Shown here one piece after another: positions 30,601-40,699 of a DNA stretch of 64,000 nt. The DNA is taken from sequence record PQ724393.1, one strand, 5' to 3'. Source of the DNA: a phage. The position numbers and the translations under genes are program-made. Numbering within the stretch: the first letter of the stretch is position 1; each line of letters begins with the position of its first letter. The notes under the pieces were generated by a model. That model did not search any database, had not been told where the DNA came from, and worked only from the letters and a program-made list of their open reading frames with translations.

Positions 30601-32811
30601 TTAAGCCGCTTCCACGGCTTTCATGAATTTAACGATTTGAGCTACAGAAGCCTCGGTAATGGATGTTCCACGACGATACATGTAGTCCGAAACTAAATGG
30701 TAATCAGATTCAAACTGTACAGTCATTTTATCATTGTTACTTGAAGCATTATTGGTTAGCGTATTGAACGTCGTGTTACAGATTTTCTTGATAACGGAAA
30801 GCTTATCATCAGTGATATAACCATGGAAATTCATATAACGGAATATATCATAGAAATTACTCAGACGAGTATATGCTTCAGACACCGGCTTGTCACTGAA
30901 ATACTTAGTCATGAAACCAAGCTCAGGGAACTTAGCAATGATTTCAAGGTAATACCTTGCACGGGTATTACTACCAATGTAGTCATCAATATCTACCGCA
31001 TCCAATGCTTCGGCATAAGCTTCTAATGTAGCTTCCATCAGGCATTCACATTGGCCTAACTTTTTAATCTTTTTGGCAATCTGAGGGCGAATGATATGGA
31101 ATTCGGTAGCACCAATCAAATTAGCCATACGACACATGGTAGTGGTGTTGATGTCAAAGATACCATAAGCTTCATCCATTCCCATGATATCAGAACGACT
31201 ACCAAACAGAACATAACCGGTAATTTCTTCTGCTTCAGCTGCGGTCAAATACATGGTCTCTTGTTGCCAGCGCCCGTCTTTAATGAACCAACGATAAGCA
31301 CTTGGTGTTTTAGGACGCGGTTCTGATGAACGGACAGTAACCGGAATCCATGGCTTAACAATTTTATTCAGTTCAGAGACTTTATAAAAATGAATTGTGT
31401 CACCTTTAAAAAGTTCTTTAACCTTTTCAAGTTGTTGCATTTGCAACATTGAATTCGGGTCGACGAAAATAAGGTCGGTCCCGGATTTAGGAATATTGTT
31501 CTCTTTAACAATTTTCTTGGCCGAAGCACTGTTGTCCATTGCTAAGGCCCAAAGTCCTCGAACTAATGGCACACGGCCCTTTTCATCGTCATAAACAATA
31601 TGGATTTCTTTATTATTAATGCCTAATAGGCCACTAAGTCCTGCTACCGAAGAAGTATTACTACTCGGCTTAATTCGTCTCAAACGTGGGTCCATACAAA
31701 CTTCGTAAACAACACCCAAATTAATAAGGTCGTTTTGAAGTGTATAACGTTGGTATAATTTCTCATATGTCAATTTTTCTGTAGTAAACAGGCTAGTCCC
31801 ACCTTTTTTGGTAAGATAGTCACGAGCACTGTAACCAAGGTTAGAAAGGTCACGATAAACATGGCGTGGATTATCAGATTCAACCCATTCCTGTGTATCG
31901 TTTTTAAAGACCAATGCATCCAAGGCTTCGATACGAGTTGCAATATTTTCCATTGTGCGTTTATCAAGAGACAACACTTCACGAGATGGAGCAATATCCA
32001 GCGAGCCCATAGGGAACTTAATATAAACTACATCATGGCGAGTACGCATCCATGTGCCTTTAATATAAGCCGAATCCAATGGATAAACAATACCACCATA
32101 AACGGCATAAAGTCCTGAACGTTCAAAATCTCTGTAACCGGTATCAGTTACAGCATAGTAGTCTTCGAATTCAGGGAAATAATCAACTTCGGCCCCATCA
32201 ACATCACCGAGTCCAATGAACGGTCGCATGATATAACGAACTTCAGTTTCAAACTTACGGAAATCTTCTTCATCAACAGGAACCGTGATTTCTATACCGG
32301 TTTTGTCACCTGGATTCATAGGTTCAACGAAAGTAGGTTTAATCTGAGGTCCATCACCATCCATATAAGCTACATAACCGCGAACTTCACCATTATGCCA
32401 CGAGGTAATATTAAACGTTTCGGTATAACTGAACGGAGATTTTGAACCAAGGCCAAAGCCACCGATGAAATCGTTAGAAGCTGTTTTGGATGATGCGAAA
32501 TAAGAGTTATACAAACCTGTTTCGTTTTCATCACCACGAATTTGGAAATCACTCATGCCTGGCCCGAAGTCACGGCATACAAAACGAGGGTCCAGTTTAC
32601 CAGGAACCTGTACTTTCCAACGTTCTTTATTACCATTCAGAATATGAGCATCAATCATATTGGTAATTAGTTCACGAACTACAGCACGCACCTTATTACT
32701 ATAAAGGTCTGATGAAAGAATTTTAAAGACCTTAGGCGAGGCCTGGATAGTAAAGCCTGTGGACTTAGCGCCATTACCAATGATTTGTTCTTTTTCGGTT
32801 TCAATAATCAT
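30601..32811 (-). CDS. rIIA: rIIA protein (GHKL ATPase-like N-terminal domain)
   Basis: 736 aa, T4 rIIA-like size and N-terminal ATPase-like motifs (GFGLGSKS). Confidence 0.85.
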   Translation of the reverse strand: MIIETEKEQIIGNGAKSTGFTIQASPKVFKILSSDLYSNKVRAVVRELITNMIDAHILNGNKERWKVQVPGKLDPRFVCRDFGPGMSDFQIRGDENETGLYNSYFASSKTASNDFIGGFGLGSKSPFSYTETFNITSWHNGEVRGYVAYMDGDGPQIKPTFVEPMNPGDKTGIEITVPVDEEDFRKFETEVRYIMRPFIGLGDVDGAEVDYFPEFEDYYAVTDTGYRDFERSGLYAVYGGIVYPLDSAYIKGTWMRTRHDVVYIKFPMGSLDIAPSREVLSLDKRTMENIATRIEALDALVFKNDTQEWVESDNPRHVYRDLSNLGYSARDYLTKKGGTSLFTTEKLTYEKLYQRYTLQNDLINLGVVYEVCMDPRLRRIKPSSNTSSVAGLSGLLGINNKEIHIVYDDEKGRVPLVRGLWALAMDNSASAKKIVKENNIPKSGTDLIFVDPNSMLQMQQLEKVKELFKGDTIHFYKVSELNKIVKPWIPVTVRSSEPRPKTPSAYRWFIKDGRWQQETMYLTAAEAEEITGYVLFGSRSDIMGMDEAYGIFDINTTTMCRMANLIGATEFHIIRPQIAKKIKKLGQCECLMEATLEAYAEALDAVDIDDYIGSNTRARYYLEIIAKFPELGFMTKYFSDKPVSEAYTRLSNFYDIFRYMNFHGYITDDKLSVIKKICNTTFNTLTNNASSNNDKMTVQFESDYHLVSDYMYRRGTSITEASVAQIVKFMKAVEAA

Positions 32812-32818
32812 ATTTTTC

Positions 32819-33022
32819 TCAATTCAGGTTACGTTTAAAAAGGTCTGCTACTTCAAGGAGCTCGTCCTTAGTAGCGATGTCGTTGAGTATTTTATATCTG
32901 ATTTCTTTAAAGCGTTCTTTAAAATCCTCAGCTGCATTGATATCAAAAAATCGTTGGATTAACCGGAATTCTTTATGGACGGCTTTATCGAACAAATCAA
33001 TATTCACTTTAAAGTTTGTCAT
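32819..33022 (-). CDS. Hypothetical protein
   Basis: 67 aa ORF. Confidence 0.4.
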   Translation of the reverse strand: MTNFKVNIDLFDKAVHKEFRLIQRFFDINAAEDFKERFKEIRYKILNDIATKDELLEVADLFKRNLN

Positions 33023-33359
33023 TTTTAACTACCTCATGTTGAACATATTCTCTGGTAGAACCGAGTTCAGCCAGAATTCTTCTCATAGAACCCATTGTAC
33101 TTTTGTGCTCTCTGTGGCGATACAATATCTCCAGAACCTTTTCCTGGACAACAGGAGAGAGCGCCTGGTTATCTTTAATCTTTAAGGCAATAGATTTTAC
33201 AGCCTTAAGATATTCTAGCCCCTTACCGCTTGTAATCACTACTCCTTCATCTTTACAGTTACGAATAGCGGTTTCCATAAAGGATAAAGCCAGGTTGTCA
33301 GTGTTCACTATACTGTTATCTTGCATAATCATATTCTCACCTCTAGATAATCCTATCAC
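33009..33359 (-). CDS. Hypothetical protein
   Basis: 116 aa ORF. Confidence 0.4.
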   Translation of the reverse strand: MIGLSRGENMIMQDNSIVNTDNLALSFMETAIRNCKDEGVVITSGKGLEYLKAVKSIALKIKDNQALSPVVQEKVLEILYRHREHKSTMGSMRRILAELGSTREYVQHEVVKNDKL

Positions 33360-33383
33360 AGTTTTGTTATGTTGTAAACCCCG

Positions 33384-33401
33384 AAAAGGGCCTTGCGGCC
33401 C
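33384..33401 (-). terminator. Intrinsic terminator GGGCC-GCAA-GGCCC + U4
   Basis: GC stem, tetraloop and U run on the minus-strand transcript. Confidence 0.5.
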
Positions 33402-33405
33402 TTAA

Positions 33406-33558
33406 TTATTCAATTTTGTAGACTTGTCCTCGAACTTGATAAAATTCGCCTTCCCAGGTTTCTACCATAATGGTCACATACTCTGCGAACAAAGGTCTCT
33501 TCTCGGCCCAGAGATATCCAAATTCACCGGTGGCTAGCGTTATCCAGTACTTTCTCAT
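33406..33558 (-). CDS. Hypothetical small protein, 50 aa (track ORF trimmed)
   Basis: SD AGGAG before internal ATG just downstream of gene 39 stop. Confidence 0.35.
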   Translation of the reverse strand: MRKYWITLATGEFGYLWAEKRPLFAEYVTIMVETWEGEFYQVRGQVYKIE

Positions 33559-33601
33559 AAAGTCTCCTAATTGTATGGCACTCATGTACCATACATATTT
33601 A

Positions 33602-35419
33602 TTACGACATCCAGGCCTTACGGAGTTGAGGGTCGTTCCCGAGGAGCATTTCGAACTGTTCTTTCCAATCTTCAGGCAATTGAACCACATCAAATTTAGG
33701 GTCTTGAATCATTCGACGGTATTCAGCCTTCTCAAGAGAACCTAAACCTTTAATATATCGAATAGAATGTTTTGGTAGAGAGTCCTTGGCTTTGGTATAA
33801 CTAGGAACATCATAAAACCATTCCTGTTCTTTACCAATCTGAGCAATAATCACCGGAGTTTTACAGAATCGTACTCGGCCTTGTTCGAATAATTCAGGCC
33901 ATTGGCTAAAGAAGGCTAGCAATGACGGATAAATCGAGCCTGTACCATCCACATCGGCATCAGTCATAATAGCGATATTACGATAGTTAGTTTTATCTGC
34001 AGGTTCGCCAATAACCAGTCCAGTGATTGCACAGATATCAAACAATTCTTTGTTCTTCATGATATCAACTGCAGGCATACCCCAGGTATTCATAACCTTA
34101 CCACGCAATGGATAACCGCCTTGAAGGTCTTTATTACGTACTTCAATGAAAGGACCCATTGCTGAATCACCTTCAGTCAAGAACAGAGTTGTATCGGCAT
34201 CTTTACCATACATATTGGCTTTAATATGCTTATGGACCTTAGCTTTCAAAGCTTTCTTAGCGGCTTTTGTTTCTGCTGCTTTTTCGGCTGCTAATTTACG
34301 TGCTAAAGCAGCTTCGACGATAGGCATAATCAACCCATCGACCTTAAGAATCATCGATGCAATTTTCTTAGCATCAATTTGGATATGGCTACGAATCTCG
34401 CCAAACGGGGAGGTCAAACGCTCTTTAGTCTGGGAATCAAAACGCATATTACTCATATCACGAATGAACATTACCATCGTAAGGCATTCTTTAACACGAG
34501 CCTTAGTTACTTCAATTCCACGATATTTCTTTTTAATACCAGGCAGAAGGTGCTCACAAATGTCATCGAATACACATTCAACGTGGTGGCCACCATTCTT
34601 GGTATGGATATTATTTACATACGTCAGTTGACGGAACCCATCCGGAGAAGGAGTAAATGCCATCGAAACATTATCAGTTTCTTGGATTACAAAGTCATCA
34701 CCAAATTGCTTAGCATACTTTTTAAAGTTGCCATCTACTTTTTTACCATTAAAAGTAAATTGAATATCAGGATAAATTACGGCCAGTGTTTGAAGACGGT
34801 CTAATGTAATATCCAGATAAATTTGGGTCAGGCTATTTTCTTCGAAATGGTTAAAGTCTGGGGTGAATATAACCGAAGTACCCTTACCTTTAGATTTCTT
34901 AGTAGTCCAACCTTTGTTTTCCATTCCGTTAGAACAGTTAACAGTAATCTCATTCTCGCCATCAGAGGTGATGCCTGTGAACAAAACAGAGAAGATATTA
35001 GTTAAACTACTACCGACACCATTCATGCCACCTGTCTTACGCTCTGAGTCATCTCCAAAGTTACCACCGGCCTTTGGAATAGTCCATGCAGCTACAGGAC
35101 CCGGAATTTGTTCGCCATTTTGGTCAGTAACCATTGCTTGTGGAATACCACGGCCATTATCGGAAACTGAAACCTGATTATTCTTAATTCGGACATCAAT
35201 TTTGTTTGCGAATTTAAAATTAGTACGAATAGCTTCATCGACAGAGTTATCAATGATTTCGTCAATTAATTTAACCAGTCCAGGAACATAGTTCACCTGG
35301 GTAAAATTACCAAACAGGAATCGACCGTGAGCTTCATTAGCACTTGAGCCAATATACATCCCACTACGTTTTTTGATATGTTCAATGTCGGACAGTACTT
35401 TAATTTCATTCTTAATCAT
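33602..35419 (-). CDS. 39: DNA topoisomerase II large subunit gp39, full-length GyrB-like
   Basis: 605 aa single ORF with ATPase and TOPRIM motifs; not split as T4 39 + 60. Confidence 0.85.
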   Translation of the reverse strand: MIKNEIKVLSDIEHIKKRSGMYIGSSANEAHGRFLFGNFTQVNYVPGLVKLIDEIIDNSVDEAIRTNFKFANKIDVRIKNNQVSVSDNGRGIPQAMVTDQNGEQIPGPVAAWTIPKAGGNFGDDSERKTGGMNGVGSSLTNIFSVLFTGITSDGENEITVNCSNGMENKGWTTKKSKGKGTSVIFTPDFNHFEENSLTQIYLDITLDRLQTLAVIYPDIQFTFNGKKVDGNFKKYAKQFGDDFVIQETDNVSMAFTPSPDGFRQLTYVNNIHTKNGGHHVECVFDDICEHLLPGIKKKYRGIEVTKARVKECLTMVMFIRDMSNMRFDSQTKERLTSPFGEIRSHIQIDAKKIASMILKVDGLIMPIVEAALARKLAAEKAAETKAAKKALKAKVHKHIKANMYGKDADTTLFLTEGDSAMGPFIEVRNKDLQGGYPLRGKVMNTWGMPAVDIMKNKELFDICAITGLVIGEPADKTNYRNIAIMTDADVDGTGSIYPSLLAFFSQWPELFEQGRVRFCKTPVIIAQIGKEQEWFYDVPSYTKAKDSLPKHSIRYIKGLGSLEKAEYRRMIQDPKFDVVQLPEDWKEQFEMLLGNDPQLRKAWMS

Positions 35420-35470
35420 GTTATTTCCTCATGTAGTAGGAGAATATTATCCCATTTCACTTAAAGCATA

Positions 35471-35485
35471 AAAGGGCCGAAGCCC
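35471..35485 (-). terminator. Hairpin GGGC-UUCG-GCCC + U-rich tail
   Basis: Short GC stem with tetraloop followed by UUUAUGCUUU. Confidence 0.4.
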
Positions 35486-35746
35486 TTAATCAAATCGAAT
35501 GGTCGACTTTTTAAAGAATAACCCAGAACAAACTGTTCCTTCAACCCTTTTACCTGTCGGCCCTACAGCAATAAAGCCTGTACGCTGGAAATCATCTTCA
35601 GAACAGCCGAATAAGTTGTATCCTGTGATTTGGATTTGTTCGTAGCCATTTGCATCCAATACACGGGTAGCATTATCGGCATCAGTACAACCAACCAACG
35701 AAACTGCTAGTACAAGAGCCGCAATAGAACGATTAACATATTTCAT
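35486..35746 (-). CDS. Putative lipoprotein, 86 aa
   Basis: Signal peptide with lipobox LVGC at residues 17-20. Confidence 0.5.
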   Translation of the reverse strand: MKYVNRSIAALVLAVSLVGCTDADNATRVLDANGYEQIQITGYNLFGCSEDDFQRTGFIAVGPTGKRVEGTVCSGLFFKKSTIRFD

Positions 35747-35752
35747 AATTTC

Positions 35753-35929
35753 TCACTTAGTTAGCAGGTCATAGAACCCGCCGTTAACATGTTTAGGAGC
35801 TGAAACTAACCGAACAGCCAGCCGATGGCAATCAGGGCAAACATCATTATCTCTTTCAGAGATTTTCTTGATTTTTTCGTATTCTTTTGCACAGTCTTCG
35901 GATTGGCATTTGTAATCATAAAGTGGCAT
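35753..35929 (-). CDS. Small zinc-ribbon protein, 58 aa
   Basis: Hand-translated; two CxxC pairs (CQSEDC ... CPDC). Confidence 0.35.
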   Translation of the reverse strand: MPLYDYKCQSEDCAKEYEKIKKISERDNDVCPDCHRLAVRLVSAPKHVNGGFYDLLTK

Positions 35930-35930
35930 A

Positions 35931-36317
35931 TTATTCCTTAAAGTGGGCTTTCAACATCTGGTAAACGGTCCAGGCTTCAGAATTATTGGAGATAGTGATT
36001 TTGGTCAAAGGGAAATCACTTGGTTCATATGGGGCTACATCTTCAGACTGGTCTTCGTCTTCACTGTCAACTTCAACCATTTCTGTAAAGAATTTACGCT
36101 CACTCGCGTATATAACCATATCTTTATTATCACCGTAAACCAGGTCGAAGTTGATTATGCATCCATTTGAAATTTTAACCGGAGAAAAACCTTCACCTTC
36201 AATAATAACATCGGCTACAATATTATTGATATCTCTACGACGGAATTCAGCTTCTGCCGCGTCATCTTTAAAATAGTACCATTTACCTTTTTCAAATTCG
36301 AGTTCTTGATTAAGCAT
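35931..36317 (-). CDS. Hypothetical acidic protein, 128 aa (track ORF trimmed)
   Basis: SD GGAAGGAAA before internal ATG. Confidence 0.4.
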   Translation of the reverse strand: MLNQELEFEKGKWYYFKDDAAEAEFRRRDINNIVADVIIEGEGFSPVKISNGCIINFDLVYGDNKDMVIYASERKFFTEMVEVDSEDEDQSEDVAPYEPSDFPLTKITISNNSEAWTVYQMLKAHFKE

Positions 36318-36549
36318 TGTAAGTTTCCTTCCAGAAGTCGGTGCCTTCAGCAGTGATTTCACGGAACACTGCGTAGATAGGATTTTTATCACCTTGATTT
36401 TCATATACATAAACCGACGATAAATGAGAAAACGTATCAGAATGTTCCTTTTGAACCACGATTAAATCAGGGTTGAACAAAACATCTTCAAATTCTTCAC
36501 GAGTCGAGTTTGCAGTGATTTTAGTAGTCATTTTAAATCTCCTTAACAA
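36310..36549 (-). CDS. Hypothetical protein
   Basis: 79 aa ORF, SD AAGGAG upstream. Confidence 0.4.
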   Translation of the reverse strand: MLRRFKMTTKITANSTREEFEDVLFNPDLIVVQKEHSDTFSHLSSVYVYENQGDKNPIYAVFREITAEGTDFWKETYNA

Positions 36550-36692
36550 GCTTTAATTAAAAGATACAGACAGATAACGATAACTGCAATCATAATATAA
36601 GGTGCAAACATTTTTATTCTCCATTTCACTCATTTGTTTTGATAGGGTAATCTTATCACTACCCTACCGTATTGTATACTGTTTTTTAAACT

Positions 36693-37259
36693 TTATGCAC
36701 GGTGAATGTTAGCATATTCAACAATAAAGCTTTCAGGAACAACCTTAAAGGTTCCAAGGAACACGATGTTATAGAGCTTAACGCCACCTTCAACCCACTG
36801 GTCTGTGATGTAACCAGACATGCTACTGGTTTCGTAAGTACCAAAAGGTTCGTCAACATATTTGAACGGTTTAGGAGTATTAAAACACACTCCTCGACCT
36901 AATTTCCATTTGAAATCAACGCCTACATGAGATTGGTCAATAGTTTCAACGTCTTGAGCTACTACGCCACGGATATCATTGCTTTCACATACATACCCAT
37001 CATGAGATTCAACTTCTTCAACTACAGGAGCGATGTATCCGGTAAATTCAGTCGATTCCAGGAATTTAGCGCGCACATAGCCGAATTGGGTTTCAGTCTG
37101 GCGATTTTTAGGAATGATACGAACTTTTACTTCATAATTTTCTTCACTGACACCTTCTTTAAGTTGGATGCTAACAACTTCAACTAAACTGCCCGCAGCT
37201 TTTGAACGAGACTTTTTGGATACACGAACGATACTGCCGATATCGGAAATAGTAATCAT
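36693..37259 (-). CDS. Hypothetical protein, paralog A of tandem pair
   Basis: 188 aa; C-terminal GYITDQWVEGGVKLYNIVFLGTFKVVP shared with the adjacent gene. Confidence 0.5.
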   Translation of the reverse strand: MITISDIGSIVRVSKKSRSKAAGSLVEVVSIQLKEGVSEENYEVKVRIIPKNRQTETQFGYVRAKFLESTEFTGYIAPVVEEVESHDGYVCESNDIRGVVAQDVETIDQSHVGVDFKWKLGRGVCFNTPKPFKYVDEPFGTYETSSMSGYITDQWVEGGVKLYNIVFLGTFKVVPESFIVEYANIHRA

Positions 37260-37332
37260 AATTTTTCTCTCTTGGTTAAAGGTTTATTCTCCATGAGAGC
37301 CATTATAACATGGCCCTCGATAAAGTAAACTA

Positions 37333-37884
37333 TTAATTCAATACGTTAACCACTGCACTACGAGGTACTACACTAAAATCACCAGCATGGACAACGTTCA
37401 GGAGTTCAACACCATCTTCAATCCACTGGTCTGTTACCCAACCGCAGATAGGGTTATCAAAAGGACGACGGATAGCCACAGCAGCACACAGAAGGTCGGT
37501 AGGGTCTTGTTCGACTTCGACTTCACGGAAAAGCCCAAATTCAGCTTCATAGACTAGGATTTTCTCTACTTTGTTATTATCTAACCGGCGGCCATGTATT
37601 ACGTAAGATTTAGTAAACCAGTCACTTTTGGCGAATTCTTCAACAATAAATTCGCCTTCGCCAAAAACATCAGTCAGAGTTTTATAACCGGAAATCAAGG
37701 CCTTAGTTTTAATTTCAGGTTCAACCAGTTTGTAGGTTTTGCCGATTTCGATAGTCTGAGTAGTCATAGCGGTTTCCTTAATTTCCAGTGGTTTAACAGG
37801 GCATACATAAGTGCTTAAAACATCAAAATCAATCAGTTTAGCTGCCGGATTCGGGGTGTATTTAGGGTTGTAATTAAATTTCAT
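37333..37884 (-). CDS. Hypothetical protein, paralog B of tandem pair
   Basis: 183 aa; C-terminal GWVTDQWIEDGVELLNVVHAGDFSVVP. Confidence 0.5.
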   Translation of the reverse strand: MKFNYNPKYTPNPAAKLIDFDVLSTYVCPVKPLEIKETAMTTQTIEIGKTYKLVEPEIKTKALISGYKTLTDVFGEGEFIVEEFAKSDWFTKSYVIHGRRLDNNKVEKILVYEAEFGLFREVEVEQDPTDLLCAAVAIRRPFDNPICGWVTDQWIEDGVELLNVVHAGDFSVVPRSAVVNVLN

Positions 37885-38390
37885 AATTTTCTCATTTCAA
37901 TAAAATCTACGAGTTCGGCATAGGATTTGCGGAACATTACTTGGCGGCCACCAATGACAACCTCATCTTCAGGTATTTCGTAAACAGCAAGGTAGAATCC
38001 TTTAGAAGATAATTCTTCGCGCTCTTCACGAGTGAACCAGCGCATCATATCATACTCACTGGCAAAAGCAAAATGGTAGAGGTTAACAAACCAGCCTGGA
38101 ATATAATCGTCGCAGCCTTCATAATCAGGCCGTTTCCACTTAGTTCTAATGGTTTTATTAGAATTTTCTACCAGCAACGTATCTTGACTTGGTAGTGGGA
38201 TATTTTTATTAATGCTATGATGATGTCTAAAAATAGGTCTGTCTAAACCTACTTCTAATAACCAGCCTTCACTCCACGAGTCTGTTGTACTTCTATACGG
38301 GGTCATTTGAGTACAGAGGTCTCGTCGTATTGTGATAGCGTTTCCATCATCTAAGATACTGAACGATGACTCAACTCGATAAATTTTCAT
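37881..38390 (-). CDS. Hypothetical protein (T4 motB position)
   Basis: 169 aa ORF downstream of an early promoter. Confidence 0.4.
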   Translation of the reverse strand: MKIYRVESSFSILDDGNAITIRRDLCTQMTPYRSTTDSWSEGWLLEVGLDRPIFRHHHSINKNIPLPSQDTLLVENSNKTIRTKWKRPDYEGCDDYIPGWFVNLYHFAFASEYDMMRWFTREEREELSSKGFYLAVYEIPEDEVVIGGRQVMFRKSYAELVDFIEMRKL

Positions 38391-38414
38391 TTTGTTCTCC
38401 TCATGTTGATAGGG

Positions 38415-38445
38415 TTATAGTATCATGCCATGAGGAGAAGTAAAC
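38415..38445 (-). promoter_or_regulatory. T4-type early promoter
   Basis: GTTTAC (38440-38445) plus TGATACTATAACCCTATCAAC block. Confidence 0.5.
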
Positions 38446-38449
38446 ACTT

Positions 38450-39124
38450 TTATCGATTTTTTACACTTAATGGGTCTGGATTCTCAGGAACATCTTCCAG
38501 GTTTAAAGCATATCGTTGGGCATATTTAAGCATCAAGATATCCTTAGCACAGTCATGGATAGAGTCATGAGCAACAAAGCCATTCAAGGTTCCGTTAGGC
38601 AGAGGGCACATGCTCAATCCGCGCGTTAGTGAGTACGCTTCAACGGCCGTACGGATATCGCGTTGGTTCCAGAATTTAACCGGTTCTAATTTACTGGTAT
38701 CAATTTCATTCTCAGGAACACCTTCAGAACGATAAGCATCGCGAATAAGGTCGACTAAGATAGGAAAGTCAAATGACATTCCACGACACCACATCTGTGA
38801 TTTCCACTGGTCTACATCATTTTTACGGCAATATTCTAAGAAGTTGCCGATGCCGATAGAAGTGCTCACATCCATTTCGGACGGCGCCAGGTTTTTACGT
38901 GCTTCGGGCCCTTGTTCTTTCCACCACTGTAAAGTGCTTTTAGAAAACAGTCGTTTATCACGTTGAGAAGCTAGGTCAAATTTAATACGAAGGCCTCGTT
39001 GAGTAAGCTCTTCAAACGTTTCTACTACCTCTGGATTTGGGTCGTAAGCAATTACGGCTAGGTCAATAACCGCCGCATTTTGGGTAGTGGCAAAGGTTTC
39101 GAAGTCAATAATTACATCTTTCAT
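38450..39124 (-). CDS. dexA: Exonuclease A (DnaQ-like 3-prime-5-prime exonuclease)
   Basis: 224 aa; Exo I motif IIDFETF; position next to dda. Confidence 0.75.
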   Translation of the reverse strand: MKDVIIDFETFATTQNAAVIDLAVIAYDPNPEVVETFEELTQRGLRIKFDLASQRDKRLFSKSTLQWWKEQGPEARKNLAPSEMDVSTSIGIGNFLEYCRKNDVDQWKSQMWCRGMSFDFPILVDLIRDAYRSEGVPENEIDTSKLEPVKFWNQRDIRTAVEAYSLTRGLSMCPLPNGTLNGFVAHDSIHDCAKDILMLKYAQRYALNLEDVPENPDPLSVKNR

Positions 39125-39411
39125 TTAACGTACCTCATAAGGTCACGGATTTGACCAACGGTGTAGTCTTCAATATAAACTGAAGAGATATTGTCGTCCA
39201 TTAGACGCTGTATTGCGATAAAATCACTTTCAATCTCTTTAAGAGAATGCAAGACCTTATGAGCCTTGCCACGGATATTTGTATCGTCTTGGTTGACCTT
39301 AATAATATATTCTGTTTCAAATTTCAACTTATAAAATTGGTCTTTAGTTACTTTAATCATATTTTCCTCAAACATAGTAGGCATCAGTACGAGCACGAGT
39401 AATACTAACAT
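39121..39411 (-). CDS. Hypothetical protein
   Basis: 96 aa ORF between dda and dexA. Confidence 0.4.
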   Translation of the reverse strand: MLVLLVLVLMPTMFEENMIKVTKDQFYKLKFETEYIIKVNQDDTNIRGKAHKVLHSLKEIESDFIAIQRLMDDNISSVYIEDYTVGQIRDLMRYVK

Positions 39412-40699
39412 AAGCTAGCTGTGAAGCTAAATTCGCATCAGCCATGTGCATACATGGGGTATAGATGAAACTGTTCCGGACAGTAAGACCCTGTGATTTA
39501 TGGACGGTACTCACCGGAAGAGCCCGAACCTTAGTGAACATTCGCTTGGCTTTCCAGAAATCAGCCCACTTAGGTTTCTTACCTGTTCCACGCATAGCTT
39601 TGTACTCTGTAGCAACCTTAGCCAAGAAATAATGGAACTTCTCAACTGAAGCCTCATCGATAACCTTTAAATGCTCTACATAGTACTCGTCGTCTTCATC
39701 AACAGATTCTACTTGTAGGTCCCAGTAATTAATCATTTGACGAGTGCCTACGTCCTTAGCAGACAAGAACAATGAGGTATGATTCACATCCAGAATACGA
39801 ACCATTTGCCCGTTATTAAAAATGGTTTCAGAGAATTTCTTACCGTCGTATTCGAGCTCCTTCATAAAAGGCTCTTGCATCACGAGGATTTCACCCTTGA
39901 TATAAGGTGCATCAGTTTCATAAAGCTTTTTACGAATAATGCTATTCAGCTTTTCAACCGATTTATTTGTATAAGCAAACATCCTATTTTCAAATAAGGC
40001 ATCCGCGTCTTTTACGATGGAAAAATAATTCATCATAAAATCTTTTAAAGCCGTTTGAGATTTAAAACCATGGACCCCGTGACCTTCGAATATACAATCT
40101 CGGAACCATCCACCATTACGGATTTCAGTAGCAACCTCAATGATAGGGGCATTACTACGCATTACTTCAGTAAGGTGCAGCTGTTTAATTTTAGGATGAG
40201 TAAAGAACGGAGATAACTGCGGACTACCATCACTTCCAGGTTCTACCGGTTGTAGCTGAGCTCTGTCGCCAATCCCTAATACAGTGCACCATGGTGGCAC
40301 GGAGGATTCAATAATCTTAAACAGCTTACCGTCAATCATCGAGCCTTCATCAACAACTAACACATTGCATTTGCTCAAGTCAGGAGCTTCGCGTTGTTCA
40401 AAGATATCCTGGTCCTCGTATGTAGTAGGGTTAATCTTTAAGATTCGGTGGATTGTTGATGCTTCTTGGCCTGCGAGTTTCGACAATACCTTCTTGGCCG
40501 CATGTGTAGGGGCGGTCAAAATAACTCCGAGTTCACCGTTCTTGACTAAGTGGTCAAGGATAAATTTAGTAAGGGTCGTTTTACCTGTACCCGCAGGACC
40601 ATTCAATGTAATCCATTCGCCCTTACGTCGTTTAATAGCTTCAATGATTTCTTTAAAGGCCGTCCGTTGCCCAATATTCAAGTCTTCAAATGTAATCAT
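39368..40699 (-). CDS. dda: DNA helicase Dda (SF1B)
   Basis: 443 aa; Walker A GPAGTGKTT, motif II VDEGSM, strong resemblance to T4 Dda. Confidence 0.85.
   Translation of the reverse strand: MITFEDLNIGQRTAFKEIIEAIKRRKGEWITLNGPAGTGKTTLTKFILDHLVKNGELGVILTAPTHAAKKVLSKLAGQEASTIHRILKINPTTYEDQDIFEQREAPDLSKCNVLVVDEGSMIDGKLFKIIESSVPPWCTVLGIGDRAQLQPVEPGSDGSPQLSPFFTHPKIKQLHLTEVMRSNAPIIEVATEIRNGGWFRDCIFEGHGVHGFKSQTALKDFMMNYFSIVKDADALFENRMFAYTNKSVEKLNSIIRKKLYETDAPYIKGEILVMQEPFMKELEYDGKKFSETIFNNGQMVRILDVNHTSLFLSAKDVGTRQMINYWDLQVESVDEDDEYYVEHLKVIDEASVEKFHYFLAKVATEYKAMRGTGKKPKWADFWKAKRMFTKVRALPVSTVHKSQGLTVRNSFIYTPCMHMADANLASQLAYVSITRARTDAYYV

Noticed and set aside
36630-36690. Possible early promoter with GTATAC in place of GTTTAC
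   Set aside because: The -35 is degenerate and the -10 weak; too uncertain to list as a feature.
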